This document shows positions 39,183-52,338 of a stretch of DNA of 64,000 nt, piece after piece; positions within the stretch are counted from its first letter, which is position 1, and each line of letters opens with the position of its first letter. The notes beneath the pieces were generated by a model. The model had not been told where the DNA came from. It saw only the letters and a list, made by a program, of their open reading frames with translations, and did not search any database. A program made the position numbers and the translations under genes. Source of the stretch: Trichosphaerium sp. ATCC 40318 (taxonomy: Eukaryota; Protista; Tubulinea); NCBI GenBank assembly GCA_038496445.1, contig JALMLS010000075.1:186001-250000 (forward strand), written 5' to 3'.

Positions 39183-40031
39183 AAATCAGAAAGACCCGAT
39201 GACATTACTGCACCACACCAAATAATTAAAGCAAGGAGCTGTTTGTACGATGAAAAAAACAAAGCTAATTTATTGTGGTTTCCAAAGTAATGTTGGCATT
39301 GCTCTTTTGATTCTGTAAAGTATGAATAAACTACATAAAAAGATATTGTGAACAAAAAGGATTCTGAGTTTTTTACCAGTTTCATTTTAAATGAATACTT
39401 TGCATTTACCATGAGGTTCATCAACCCACATGACTTGTTCCTCAAGTTGTCCATTCTCATACTACTTTGCGTATTTGAGGGACACTACACGTGTTTGTTT
39501 GTGTTTATTGTACCTTTGTACATTTTGTTTTTGTTTTTGCAGTTGAACAGTGCTAAGCGCAAATCTATGATTGAGATTGTAGTGGCGAACAAAAACCACA
39601 CTATGTTGTTTGTCAGCGACCAGGAAAAGAATGGACTGTACATCAATTCCTCCTTTCCTTCGTGTACAACTTGTTGCATTACTGAAACTTTACCATTGAT
39701 AAATAAAATCAGTCGGTTCGATTAGCCCGCCACCGCTTCGCTCCCATCTCGTTTCTTCTTACAAAGGGGTAGAACGTCTGGATTGGGTGGTCTTTGGTTT
39801 GTACCTATTAAGGCCAAACACGTGTTCACTTGTTTTATCTCTCCGTCACAGGGAGTGAATGGTTATGTTTTCTTTATAATGACAAGTATAAGAAAATCGT
39901 GCTAAGCTTACTTAATTATTTGACAATTTAACTCACGGTTCGTTTAGCTGTGCTTACATACTCTTCAATAAAATGACTATTTATTATTGAGTTGATATTG
40001 CTATTATTAGGATACTCTGATTTGGTGTTTC

Positions 40032-43000
40032 TTACTCAACAATGAAAGTATTTTGAGCTGATGCATAAGGTCCAATTTCTATCTTCCATGTTCCAGGTAA
40101 AGGTCTGCGTACACCGTCCCTATTATCACATCAGATCTCTGTTTTATGGTGTTGTATACTGTAGATAATACGTACATATCAGATAAAATGAGATCGGTTG
40201 CACGAAGAGGTACAACAACAGTTCTTGATTCATTTGGTTTCACATCATACAATCGACTGAAAAAGTGCAGATATTTCAATGGATTGCCGTTTTTACCTGG
40301 TGACGGTGGTACCACAAATGAAAGGAATGTGAAATCACTTGTTACACTTCCAGTGTTCTTTACGACTGCTGTGATGTCTATCGCAGTGTAAGCATATAGG
40401 GCAAGTTAAGTAAAAGACATGTACCTGCAACAGATGGTTGTTCCCAATCACGAAGTTGTTTATCCTCAGTAGCACCTTCCTGAACAATAAGGTCAGTATC
40501 AACACAACTTAAATGACTGTGAACGTACCTTGATTTTGTAGATTGGAATAGAGTTTGTTGTTGAAGTTGTTGAGACACTGAAGTTCGTGTATGTCAATCC
40601 ATGTCCAAACTATTACAATGTGTTAATCATCGCAATTAAAATAGTGTCGATGGAACTTACTGGATATACTGTGCCAACAGCATTGTTGTAGAATCTGTAT
40701 GATCGTCCTGTACAATTGAAAAGTCAGATGGTGTAATTAACAGCATATTTCTATGAGAATAGGACGTACCAGGAAAGTTGGTGGATGGACGCATGTTCAT
40801 GTTGAACATTGATACATTCTTCAAATAATCTGCAGGATAAATTGTGTATGCTAATCTTCCAGCTTTGAGAGGTGGTTAAAACGCAAACGATCTATTTTGG
40901 TTATGTTTGTTATTGTACCTGGAGCGTTGTCTCCGAATATTGTTTGAGCGATAGCATCTCCTCCAGATTGGCCAGGATATCCCACATACATAATGGCTCC
41001 AATCTATTCAAAATAGTTAGAACTGGTCTCTTGTTATGACATGGTTTGATAGATGCTTACCCTCTTGTTTGCTTTTGCAAGTGTGAGATCTACTTGACCT
41101 CCAGACATGATCACAAGTACAACTGGACCTTTGGAGCATCCAGAAATTTCTGAGATGAAGTCTTCTTGGACACCAGGGAACGATATTATAGTTCTATGAA
41201 AGTAAGTAAAAAAAATGATCGTGAGTAAATGGTTTACCTATCATGACCTTCCCTTTCTTGACTTCCATCGATGCCCATAACCATAATTGTAGCATCTGCT
41301 GACTTTGCAGCATCACAAGCAGCAGGGAATTGAGACTTATCTGATGAACTTATGTCACATCCTTTGACATAGTCCACAGAAGTAAATCTAAGACAAGAAA
41401 TTAACAACACGTTGTGTTAAACCAGTAGTAATCATACTACGTACTTTGCAAGTCCCACTTGAGGAGATATCAAATAAGGTGCAGTTCCGAAATAGTTTCC
41501 TTGCAACGTATTAGTAGCGTTAGCGTTAGGACCAACAAGTGCAATCCTTGATAATGATTTTCTGAGAGGTAAAGTATTGTCATCGTTCTTCAATAATGTC
41601 ATTGCTTTCAAAGCTGCTTTCAATGCGAGATCCTAACATTAATTAGTATGGTATTGTGAACAAGAAAGTTCAAATCAAGTAATAATGTAATACGTACTCT
41701 AGAGGATTTTGTGTCAATATCCTTGGCACTGAGAGATGAGTATTTTGGAAGATTTGAAGCAGGATCGAACATGCCCAATCTGAATTGAACCATGAATTGA
41801 TTATATAATGCCTTATCAACTGTTTCAGATGATACTGCCTTATTACTAAAAGCGATTAATGTCAAAAGGTTATATTACTCCAACGGCGTAATTCACTTAC
41901 GTAATAGCTTGTCCTAGATTGGTCTCCATGAAGCGACCACAGTCAATATCCATACCAGCTTCCAATGTAACCTTGCAAGTTTGATCTGTTGAGTTTGTGT
42001 AATGGTGTGTTTTGTATACGTCTACAAAAACACGTTATACATAGATGAAGATAACGTGATAACAAACCTGAAACAGCATTACAATCAGAAGTGATGTATC
42101 CTTGGAAGTCCCATTTTGCACGGAGCTACATTAGGTTAGAACACAAATACAAAGAGTAACAAATAGAGTACCAAGTCGTTGAGAATAGCTGGATCAGCGC
42201 ATGATGGTACTCCATTCACAGCATTATAACTGCACATGACTGAACTTGCTTTACCCCTCATGGAGCAGCTCTACAGGAAGAATTAAGAAAATTACATAAT
42301 AACTTTAACTCACCTTAAACGCTGGAAAGTATGTATCATCAAGGTCCTGAAAAGGAATAAGTAAAGATCAACTCAAAGCATCTTTGTTACCTGTTGTGTT
42401 ACAATGGCATTAAAGTGATGTCTATCAACTCCTTCCCAGTTTTCGAGGTCATAAGCAGCAACTAAGATATCGTAAGTTTACTTCTAACATTATAAGAACA
42501 AGAGAACGTACAGTGCTTGCAACAAGAAGATATTTGTAAGTATTTTGGATCATCACCTTGAAGAGCAGATACATAAGCGTGTGCATACTCAGCTGTATGA
42601 TAAGGATCTTCGCCGGGAGTTTCTTGACCACGACCCCATCGTGCTAAATAAATAGTGGTAGCAAATAGGTTTTGAAGTCTTTTTTTTTACAACATACGAT
42701 CACGGAAGATATTCACGTTTGGTGCCCTTTATGCATACATTAGCCATGGTTTATTATCACAAATATATTTGAGAAATACATACCAGAAAGTAAGTCCAGC
42801 ATGTCCTTCATTGTGCATGGCGCGAGCCTCTGTTGATATTTAGGCATAATTACATACAAAACAAAAGACACATACCTGTACCGACGACTTTGCCAATATC
42901 AGAAACAAGTGTGGAATCAAATGCGCAGCCAGTTGACGTGACTTGAGGAAAGCTTGTAGCATATGGTACTGTTCCTCTAAACGAAACACCAGGACTGTCT

Positions 43001-44183
43001 GAGCGAAAAAAATTTGCTTAGTAATTAGTTAAAAGCTACTTTATACTCACGTGCTATTCCATGTAAAGCTTCACTCCACCATTGGTATGCTGGAATCTTA
43101 AGGCTTGGTACTGCCCCGGCACTATTTCTAAAGAGACCAACTTTATCAGAGGCAGGAATTCTGCGTTTAAAGAGTTAGATGGTATCACGGTTATGTAACT
43201 TGTCAAAGAAGTTAGGACCTTGAAACGAGATCTTTCGCACGATCGCTGAATGATAGAGCTGTGTTACAGAAAGGATATCCCTTATTTGTTGCATCATCGC
43301 AAGGAGTGGTATATGAAGCGGCAACGTTTACGCAAAGACCTAAAATATGTAGTTAGACAAACAGCACTGCGGATCAGTTCTCACCTGATTGTTTCCCTCT
43401 CAAACTTCCATCAGTGGCGTTGAATATCCACTTCTGATTGTCTGCGCCAGTACAAGTCCTTGTAAACAGAGTTAAAAAAGAAAGGAATAGTCAATGGAAA
43501 AGTCACGTGATGTAGAAATAAATCACGTGATAGAAAAAAAACTGTCTGTTTGCTCACCAGATTTGTATGTTTGTTCCAGGAGTAGTGCCATAATCAGATG
43601 CATCAAGGCATTTACCAGACAGTGTACTATTGAAAGTGTTATGAACCGAACAAGATGAACAAGTAGACCGAACTTTCACTCGAAAAATATTTTGGGTTTT
43701 GTAATAACAAACGTTGGCTTTACCTTACTACACTACCATCCGATTTGAGTGTCCATTCTTGGTTCTGATGAGCAGGGTTTTTGTCGCTAGTGTGGCATGT
43801 AGATAACCAAACGTTAGAACCGTCAGTGGTGCCGTAGCTAGCGATATCAATACATTTCGCTTGATTTGAGTTAGTTTTGTTGCTTTTTGATGAAAAAAAA
43901 ACCGATTTAAACGGAAAAACGGGCTATTAAACCGTTAAACGCCTTGGTGGTAATAAAGGTGGCAAGAGCGCGTACAATCTTGTGTCAAGCGAATTGTTTT
44001 GTCGTCAGAGTGGTAGGCCCATTTTTGAGGGTTTGAAGCTAAAAACACATCAAAGAGGTGTTATTGAAGTATTGTACCGCAATCCCACAGTTGAACGTTT
44101 GTTCCGTCATTAAAATCGGCCAAAACGGCTACAGCGAAAAGAATTGTCCCAAAGACGAATATTTGCGTTGTGTCCCTCATCAT
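40032..44183 (-). CDS. Ricin-B lectin + GH3 beta-xylosidase-like, copy 3
   Basis: Reverse-complement paralogue of copies 1 and 2; ATG 44183, TAA 40032-40034; GYITSDC retained. Confidence 0.92.
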
Positions 44184-44929
44184 GAAGGTTGTAAACGCAA
44201 TTGTAATGTGATACAACGGACAAACTGACTTAGGTGCGGGCAGTTAACACGTTTAATAGTGCACTACTTATCTTGGTGGACAAATACCTTGTCAATATCT
44301 TGGCTCTCATTCCTCTAGGTGAGAGTCAACGTATTCTAGAAGTAGCACAATACCTTTAAGAAATCACGTGGTGTTATTTATGCGAAAATTTGGATCCACA
44401 AATTCAAAACAATTTCTGTAAATACTTCAGAATACAGGATTTTGCTCAGAAAAGGTTTCCTTTTTTCAAGGACTTTTGGCTCATTTATTTTGTACTCGTG
44501 AGTAAAAGGGCGGGTAGTGGGATGATTGTTGCTTGCCATCAGTTGATCTGTGCGTGCCGTGTGCGGTAATCTCAGATTGTGGTTGGTCAGCTAGTTCCTT
44601 CAAACGCCTGGAATTCCAGCGGAATAAACAGACATTAGTATAACGGGTGACAGTTGTAATTTTGACTGAAACAGAATCAAGCTGCCAGAAAACCGGCTTT
44701 TCATTCTATTCGTTCAAATTACACTTCTTTTTTTTCCCGTACGCGTTGAAAATACTTGAAAAAGCAAAATAACATATTTATGGGGAAAAAGTCGGACTTG
44801 AATGACTAGCTTCATTATTAGCCACTAGGCTAGATTTTAAAATATACAAAGTTCTACATGTTGAGCAATAGTGACAAATTATTTTTATTGAGTTGATTGT
44901 TACTATTAGGATACTATGGTTTGGTTTTC

Positions 44930-47900
44930 TTACTCAACAATAAAAGTATTTTGAGCTGATGCATAAGGTCCAATTTCTATCTTCCATGTTCCAGGTAAAG
45001 GTCTGCGTACACCGTCCCTAGTACCACATTAGATGTCTGTCTTATGGTGTTGTGTACTGTAGATAATACGTACGTATCAGATAAAATGAGATCGGTTGCA
45101 CGAAGAGGAACAACAACAGTTCTTGATTCATTTGGTTTCACATCATACAATCGACTGAAAAAGTGCAGATATTTCAATGGATTGCCGTTTTTACCTGGTG
45201 ACGGTGGTACCACAAATGAAAGGAATGTGAAATCACTTGTGACACTTCCAGTGTTCTTTACGACTGCTGTGATGTCTATCGCAGTGTAAGCATATAGGGC
45301 AAGTTAAGTAAAAGAGGTGTACCTGCGACAGATGGTTGTTCCCAATCACGAAGTTGTTTGTCCTCAGTAACACCTTCCTGAACAATAAGGTCAGTATCAA
45401 CGGAACTTAAATGACTGTAAACATACCTTGATTTTGTAGATTGAAATAGAGTTTGTTGTTGAAGTTGTTGAGACACTGAAGTTCGTGTATGTCAATCCAT
45501 GTCCAAACTATTACAATATGTTAATCATAATTAAAATTAAAAATATAGTGTTGATGGAACTTACTGGATATACTGTGCCAACAGCATTATTGTAGAATCT
45601 GTATGATCGTCCTGTACAATTGAAAAGTCAGATGGAGTAATTAACAGCATATTTCTATGAAGATAGGACGTACCAGGAAAGTTGTTGGATGGACGCATGT
45701 TCATGTTGAACATTGATACATTCTTCAAATAATCTGCAGGATAAATTGTGTATGATAATCTTCCAGCTTGAGAGAAGTTAAAACGCAAGACCTTTTTTGA
45801 CTATGTTCGTTAGTATTGTACCTGGAGCGTTGTCTCCGAATATTGTTTGAGCGATAGCATCTCCTCCAGATTGGCCAGGATATCCAACAAACATAATGGC
45901 TCCAACCTATTCAAAAACTCAGTTGGGAACACTGGTTTCGATAAAATACTTACCTTCTTGTTTGCTTTTGCGAGTGTGAGATCTACTTGACCTCCAGACA
46001 TGATCACAAGTACAACTGGACCTTTGGAACATCCAGCAATTTCTGAGATGAAGTCTTCTTGGACACCAGGGAACGATATTATATTTCTAAAAGACATTAA
46101 TAATCCCAAAGTACTCGCTGAACTAAAACGTACCTATCATGATTTTCAGCTTCTTGAGTATCATCCAGGCCCATAACCATAACTGTTGCATCCGATGATT
46201 TTGCGGCATCACAAGCAGCGGCGAATTGGGACTTATCTGACGAGCTTATGTCACATCCTTTGACATAATTAACTGATGCAAACCTACAACATTATTAGTA
46301 AGCACGTGCTCATTCATAAAGATTACGTACTTCGAAAGACCTTCCAACGGAGATATCAAGTATGGAGCAATTCCATGATAACTAGATTGCATCACAAGAG
46401 TAGCGTTAGCGTTAGGACCAAGAAGTGCAATCTTTGATAGTGATTTGCTGAGAGGTAAAGTATTGTAATCATTCTTCAATAAAGTCATTGCCTTCAAAGC
46501 TGCTTTCAATGCAAGTTCCTAAACCACAATTAGTACGCTATAAGCATCAATAAACTACGCACTCTTGCGGATGTTGTGTCAACATCACTGGCAGTAAGTG
46601 ATGAGTATTGAGGATAATTCGACTCAGGATCAAACATGCCCAATCTGAACTTTACCATGTACATATTGTACAACGCTTTATCAACTGTTTCGGATGACAC
46701 TGCCTTGTTACTAATTAATTCTCGTTAGAATTTGGTAAGGTGATAGAATCGTTGAAGTTCACTTACGCTATGGCTTGTTCAAGATTCTCCTTTAGGAAAC
46801 TTCCACAGTCAAGATCCATACCAGCTTCTAATACAACTTTGCAAGTTTGATCTGTTGTATTTGTGTAATGGTGCGGATTCATAACGTCTATTGAAACAAA
46901 TGTTAAAAATAACAAAAACAGTATTATTGCTTACTCTCAACAGCGCCGCAATCAGAAGTAATGTATCCTTGGAAGTCCCATTTTGCACGAAGCTACAATT
47001 GTTAATACAACTGGAAAGAAAATAAAAAGATAAATATATAAATAGATTACCAAGTCATTCAGGATAGCTGGATCAGCGCATGATGGTACACCATTAACAG
47101 AATTGAAACTACACATGACCGCACTTGCTTTTGCTCTTAAAGAGCAGCTCTAGATAATCCAAGTTAGAACAGCGAACATTGTCTCAAAGTCTTGCCTTAA
47201 ATGCAGGAAAGTATGTATCATCAAGATCCTAGATTTAATTAACTACAAGTCTTTTTTCCTCTTTACAATTTACCTGCTGTGTTACAATGGCATTAAAGTC
47301 TCGTCGGTCGACTCCACCCCAGTTTTCAAAGTTGTAAGCAGCAACTATAGTCTATTAATAACTTTACGCCTTTGTTAAAAAATGAGAACGTACAGTGCTT
47401 GCAACAAGAAGATACTTTCAAGTATTTTGGATCATCACCTTGAAGAGCAGATACATAAGCGTGTGCGTACTCAGATGTATGATAAGGATCTTCTCCAGGA
47501 GTTTCTTGACCACGACCCCATCGTGCTAAATAAATAGTGGTAAGCAAATCTATTGAAAGTAGATTTGGAAGTGTTTTTTTACAACATACGATCACGGAAG
47601 ATGTTCACGTTTGGTGCCCTTTACATACATTAGCCATGAGTTTAATCATATTTTTTTAGAAATACATACCAGAAAGTAAGTCCAGCATGTCCAACATTGT
47701 GAAACGCGCGAGCCTCTATCGAACTCACTATTAGCTTACAGAAAAAAAAATGTCGTGCTGACTGATATAAACACGTGCCTGTACTTATAACCTCTACCAT
47801 ATCAGTAACAAGTTTCGAATCAAAAGCGCATCCAATTGATACAATTTGAGGAAAGCTTGTAGCAGAAGGGACAGGTCCACCAAATTTAATACCCTGGCAA

Positions 47901-49081
47901 TCTACAAACCATAAGTAAATGTATACTACAACTCTTGTCACTCACGTGCTACACCATGTAAAGCTTCATTCCACCATTGATACGATGGAATTTTAAGACT
48001 TTGAACTCCGGAAGCACCGTTTACAAACAGTCCAATTTTATCAGAGGCAGGAATTCTGTGCGTTTAATGAAAATAGTTGTCGCTTTGTGAGCTTGGCGTA
48101 CCTTGATACAAGATCTTTTACGCGACCACTGAACGATAAATCAAGATTGCAGAAAGGAAGCTCTTTGTTTGTTGGATCATCGCATGGTGTGCTGAGTTTA
48201 GAACCAACATTGACACATAGACCTCAAAATAGCAGTTGGCAAAATGAATATTGTAATTTTTTGGTTTGGGATCAGTTCTCACCTGATTGTTTTCCTCTCA
48301 AACTTCCATCAGTGGTGTTGAATATCCACTTCTGATTGTCTGCGCCAGTACAAGTCCTTTAAAAGAGTTAAAAGAAAGGAATAGTCTATGGAAAGTAAAA
48401 AAATCACGTGATATTTTATGTAGGAAACAGTTTTCGTTTGCTCACCAGATTTGTATGTTTGTCCCAGGAGTAGTGCCATAATCAGATGCGTCAAGGCATT
48501 TACCTGACAGTGTACTATTGAAAGTGTTATGAACCGAATAAGATGAACAAGTAGACCGAACTTTCACTCGAAAAATATTTGGTTTTAAACCTTTTTTAAT
48601 TTGTTTGGAAGAAAGATTTGTTTTACCTTACTACACTACCATCCGATTTGAGTGTCCATTCTTGATTCTGATGAGCAGGGTCTTTGTCGCTAGTATGGCA
48701 TGTAGATAACCAAACGTTAGAACCATCAGTGGTGCCATATTCCTCGATATCAAGACATTTCGCTGCGATTTGAGTTAGTTTTGTTGCTTTTTGATGAAAA
48801 AACCGATTTAAACGGAAAAACGGGCTATTAAACCGTTACGCAGATACGTGGTAATAAAGGTGGCGAGAGTGCGTACAATCTTGCGTCAAGCGAATTGTTT
48901 TGTCGTCAGAGTGGTAGGCCCATTTTTGCGGGTTTGCACCTAGTTTTTCAGTAAACGAGTTAAAATAGAGTACTGTACCGCAATCCCAGAGTTGAACGTT
49001 TGTTGTGTCAGGAAAGTCGGCGAAACTGGCTCCGAAGAATAAAAGGGCTACAAACAGTAGTACTTGCGTAGTAGTGCCCAT
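44930..49081 (-). CDS. Ricin-B lectin + GH3 beta-xylosidase-like, copy 4 (most divergent)
   Basis: Distinct signal exon [21 protein letters not shown]; [41 protein letters not shown]; 3' exons near-identical to the other copies. Confidence 0.9.
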
Positions 49082-49349
49082 CGCTGTCGTTACTGGAGGG
49101 TACACTGCATCACTTAACAAGTATTGCTTAAGCCAAAAAAAGAACTAGTCACGTGCTGTTAGGTGAACTTGACGTTTACCTCTGGCTCTTTATTTTATGT
49201 AGTCCTCGCGCTCTACAAGGCTGATAACATATTCTATGTGTTGTCGCTAGCGTCAGCAACTAGATGATGCAACCAAATTGTTTATTGCAAAGGTCGCTAC
49301 TTAATTTATTATTTTATTGCTAAATTTGTACATTTTTACAGACCAAACT

Positions 49350-52055
49350 ATCGTTCTAACATGTTCTTTTTAATCATCAATTGTTTAATCTTATTCAATA
49401 GTATGTTGACATGTACTTTATCGGTTAAAAATCCACATTGAAAAGTAAACTGTTTGCCTCTAATGTAATAGTTTAAAAGACATCAACAAAAAAAAAAGTA
49501 AAACTCACTGCATCCTTGAGAAACATTTTGTTAAATGAGATCCATCATAATTACTCTCTGGGAAAGATACAGTCGTTCTCCATGCATCTTAAAGTTGACA
49601 CATTAGCGTTATATCAATAGTTGATGTACTAACTGCGTACCCATGCTAGGTACTCCGAACAGTTTCATTAACTTGAAAGCGGCTGCATTTCCTTGTTGTA
49701 TGCGCTTATTGGTATCTTGTAAAGTTGAGATATACAACACCGGTAATATAATATACGTACAAAATGGGCCTTTGACACAAAGTTAGCATAAGTAGTGAAT
49801 ATTATAAAAGACGTACAACTTCTGTTTGGATCATGTTTTATTTCTCTTTCTTTTTCACGATTTCGTCTTGACATTCCTTTCCATATGGCAATCTTACCAT
49901 CCTCGCTTCCAAACCCTTTTGAATTTAAGTAGTTTAGAATCTTTTGTACGCCCATAGATATGCCTTTTGTAGAGTGCAAGTTTCCTAAACAGTCGAGCTG
50001 AACAATGATAAAAGACAAATACAATATTTGAAATGATGTTTTGGGACAAAACGACTGCTCGCCAACACTAATGTCCTACTACTTACTACACATATATCCC
50101 AGGCCAAGTCCAAACACAAGTACATCAGCGTCTTTTACAAGATTCAGGTGATTAACGTATCCTAGATAAAACAATAAAGAAAAAAGAAGGAAAGTTTTTG
50201 TAGAATTAAAATACCATCTGAAGAGGCTGCAAATTGAAAGCTAATACGAATCCACCCTTCCTTTAATTTATGTCTACTTTTTGCAACATCTTTTTCTTCT
50301 ATCTTAGCATACTCTATCCCATTTGTTTCAAATTCAAAATAAGATACATGCTTAATTTTAGTAACTTCACTGAAAAAAAGCGTTATTTATGAATAGAAAG
50401 ATTAAAATTATTCTCACAATGCTTCTTCGGGTGTTATGGTGAGTGACGAAACATCTTGTACGATTTTGATAAACAAAGATATCCACATGGTTCTTAAAGT
50501 TGAATCCTTCAAAAAAAAAAATTAGTGTTAATGATCAATGTTAACAAGCTTACTCCGATGAACGCTATCCACTTATTTTTGAAAGTACTGATTATACTGT
50601 GCCCACTAAATATATCGTATGTACAATCATAAGGTAACCAGACAAACTAGGCAAGTTACAACAATTCCACAACATAAAGATGTTACCTTTCGAGGAATAG
50701 GCAGTTGTTTAGGAATCACAGGTTGGGTTATTTGTTGAGACATACAGTTCTCTATCTTCCTGCATTTTTCCTCTGATACCCAGCGACCTTAGAATATAAG
50801 TGAATATTATTATAGATTGTAGACAAGTTACCCGGGTGATCGTTCTCGTCACATTGATTAATAGAAGCAACTTCAACATCAGGGGTTCCTTTAATTTCAA
50901 GGATTGTAGGTGTGTCACCAACACGCTCCCCTAGATATTTTGGCGCACCTCTAAATATAAGGTGAGTATTATATCACCTCTCTGAGGACCACGTACTTGC
51001 ACCTTTCTTTTCCTAAAGCACGTGGTTTTCGTATTTTCTTATCAAAATCTGGTTTTCCTTTTTTATGTGCTTTGAATATACACCTCTCACAACTATTAAC
51101 GGCTTAGAAATTGGAAAATAGTTAATAAAACCCGTATAAATTACTCAGCACAATTAGCATCGTCATTGGTATATGTCCTGTTTATCTCTAGAGCATACAT
51201 GCCAGGCTCCTCAAAAACAAGTTAATTAGAAGAACAAACATGAACAAAGTACTGGAATCATATAAGACACTTTATACAATCCTGGTGCCGTGCAAGTCAC
51301 ATTAGCTGAGTGGAGATACGCTCCACGTATTCTCACGTAGAAATCATCATCACAGGCTGTACCATTACGTATTTTTGGTTTTCTATGTCTTATTTTCGCT
51401 GTTTTACCACTGTGATAGTGTTTTGAGTGAATGTAAAAAGTTTCCTAAAGGAGAATTATAAGCGTTTGCTTACTAATAATAGAACGATAATGAATGCCAT
51501 ACCAAAACACCACTTCGTCCTTCTGAAGCCTTAATCGCGTTAGTACTGTTTGGAAATAAAGTAATAATCGTACTGCGTCACCGACTAATATAGACGGGTT
51601 GTGAAGCGTAGTAACAACACCTGATGGCCCTACCCATTTAACTTTTTTCGCTGGTTCGTAACCGAGCAATGATCGCATAAGAGTAAGTTTTGGCTCTTGT
51701 TTTTTCGGCATAACGACCTAAATCAACCTTAACTCAAAATATCTGGGCATTGATCACGTGCATTCTTTGTTTTTGAATTAGCCTTTGGTTTGGGTTCTTT
51801 GGATGTCTTTGTAGTCTTTGCTACTTCTATTGCTACTATTTGAGACTCTGCAGGTTTGTAATTTGTTTTTTCGCCAAAAGCTCTTTCGGATGCTTGCGTT
51901 GCTTGTATTGATGGTATTTCAGGCGATTTAAGCCAAGATGACAGAAAAGGAACGTCTTTATCTTTAATAGCCATCAACAGAAAGAAATGGCATAAGATCG
52001 TCTCGGCAAGCACAATCACGAGTAATATAGCCAACCATTTCTTTCTGAGCATCAT
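49350..52055 (-). CDS. NXPE/PC-esterase-like (SGNH) type II membrane protein, multi-exon
   Basis: N-terminal anchor KKWLAILLVIVLAETILCHFFLL. Ig-like segment DDFYVRIRG..GLYKVSY..PGMYALEI. Spliced FKNKWIAFIG|DSTLRTMW gives the GDS motif; DAWRTT..YDGSH gives the DxxH motif. 3' end approximate. Confidence 0.75.
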
Positions 52056-52338
52056 CGAGGAGTTTAGCAGCAATCTCAGTTAATTGTTTAAGTCAGTTCA
52101 TTACTCACCTTGTACAGCAACCGCACACTACTGGTACTACGTATTAACGAGCGTACAGCAATTTTAGTAAAGATTTCTGATAAAGTAAAAAAAACACTAA
52201 AACAGTAAGCTGCCGTCCACCTATAAGTACGATTGTTAGTAAAGCAGTTTCGAAACAGCATCCTTGTAGTGTTCCCACCACGTTTCTATTGTTTTTGAAT
52301 GCAATCTCAACGTACATTAAACTACAAAAACTATCGTT

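Larger units (their letters stand above)
33365..44370. repeat. Large inverted repeat: ~4.35 kb arms (33365-37715 and 40032-44370) around a ~2.3 kb spacer
   Basis: GH3 copies 2 and 3 are reverse complements, including ~190 bp of upstream sequence (e.g. GACAAGGTATTTGTCCACCAAGATAAGTAGTGCACTATTAAACGTG in both). Confidence 0.9.

Noticed and set aside
39146-39725. ORFs 39146-39460 (-), 39348-39725 (+) and 39485-39679 (-)
   Set aside because: AT-rich, no recognisable motifs, mutually overlapping, and one runs through the tRNA half; probably spurious.
30322-45289. Recurrent antisense ORFs (30322-30654, 37354-37686, 40146-40391, 45044-45289)
   Set aside because: They recur only because they are the reverse complement of near-identical GH3 terminal exons.
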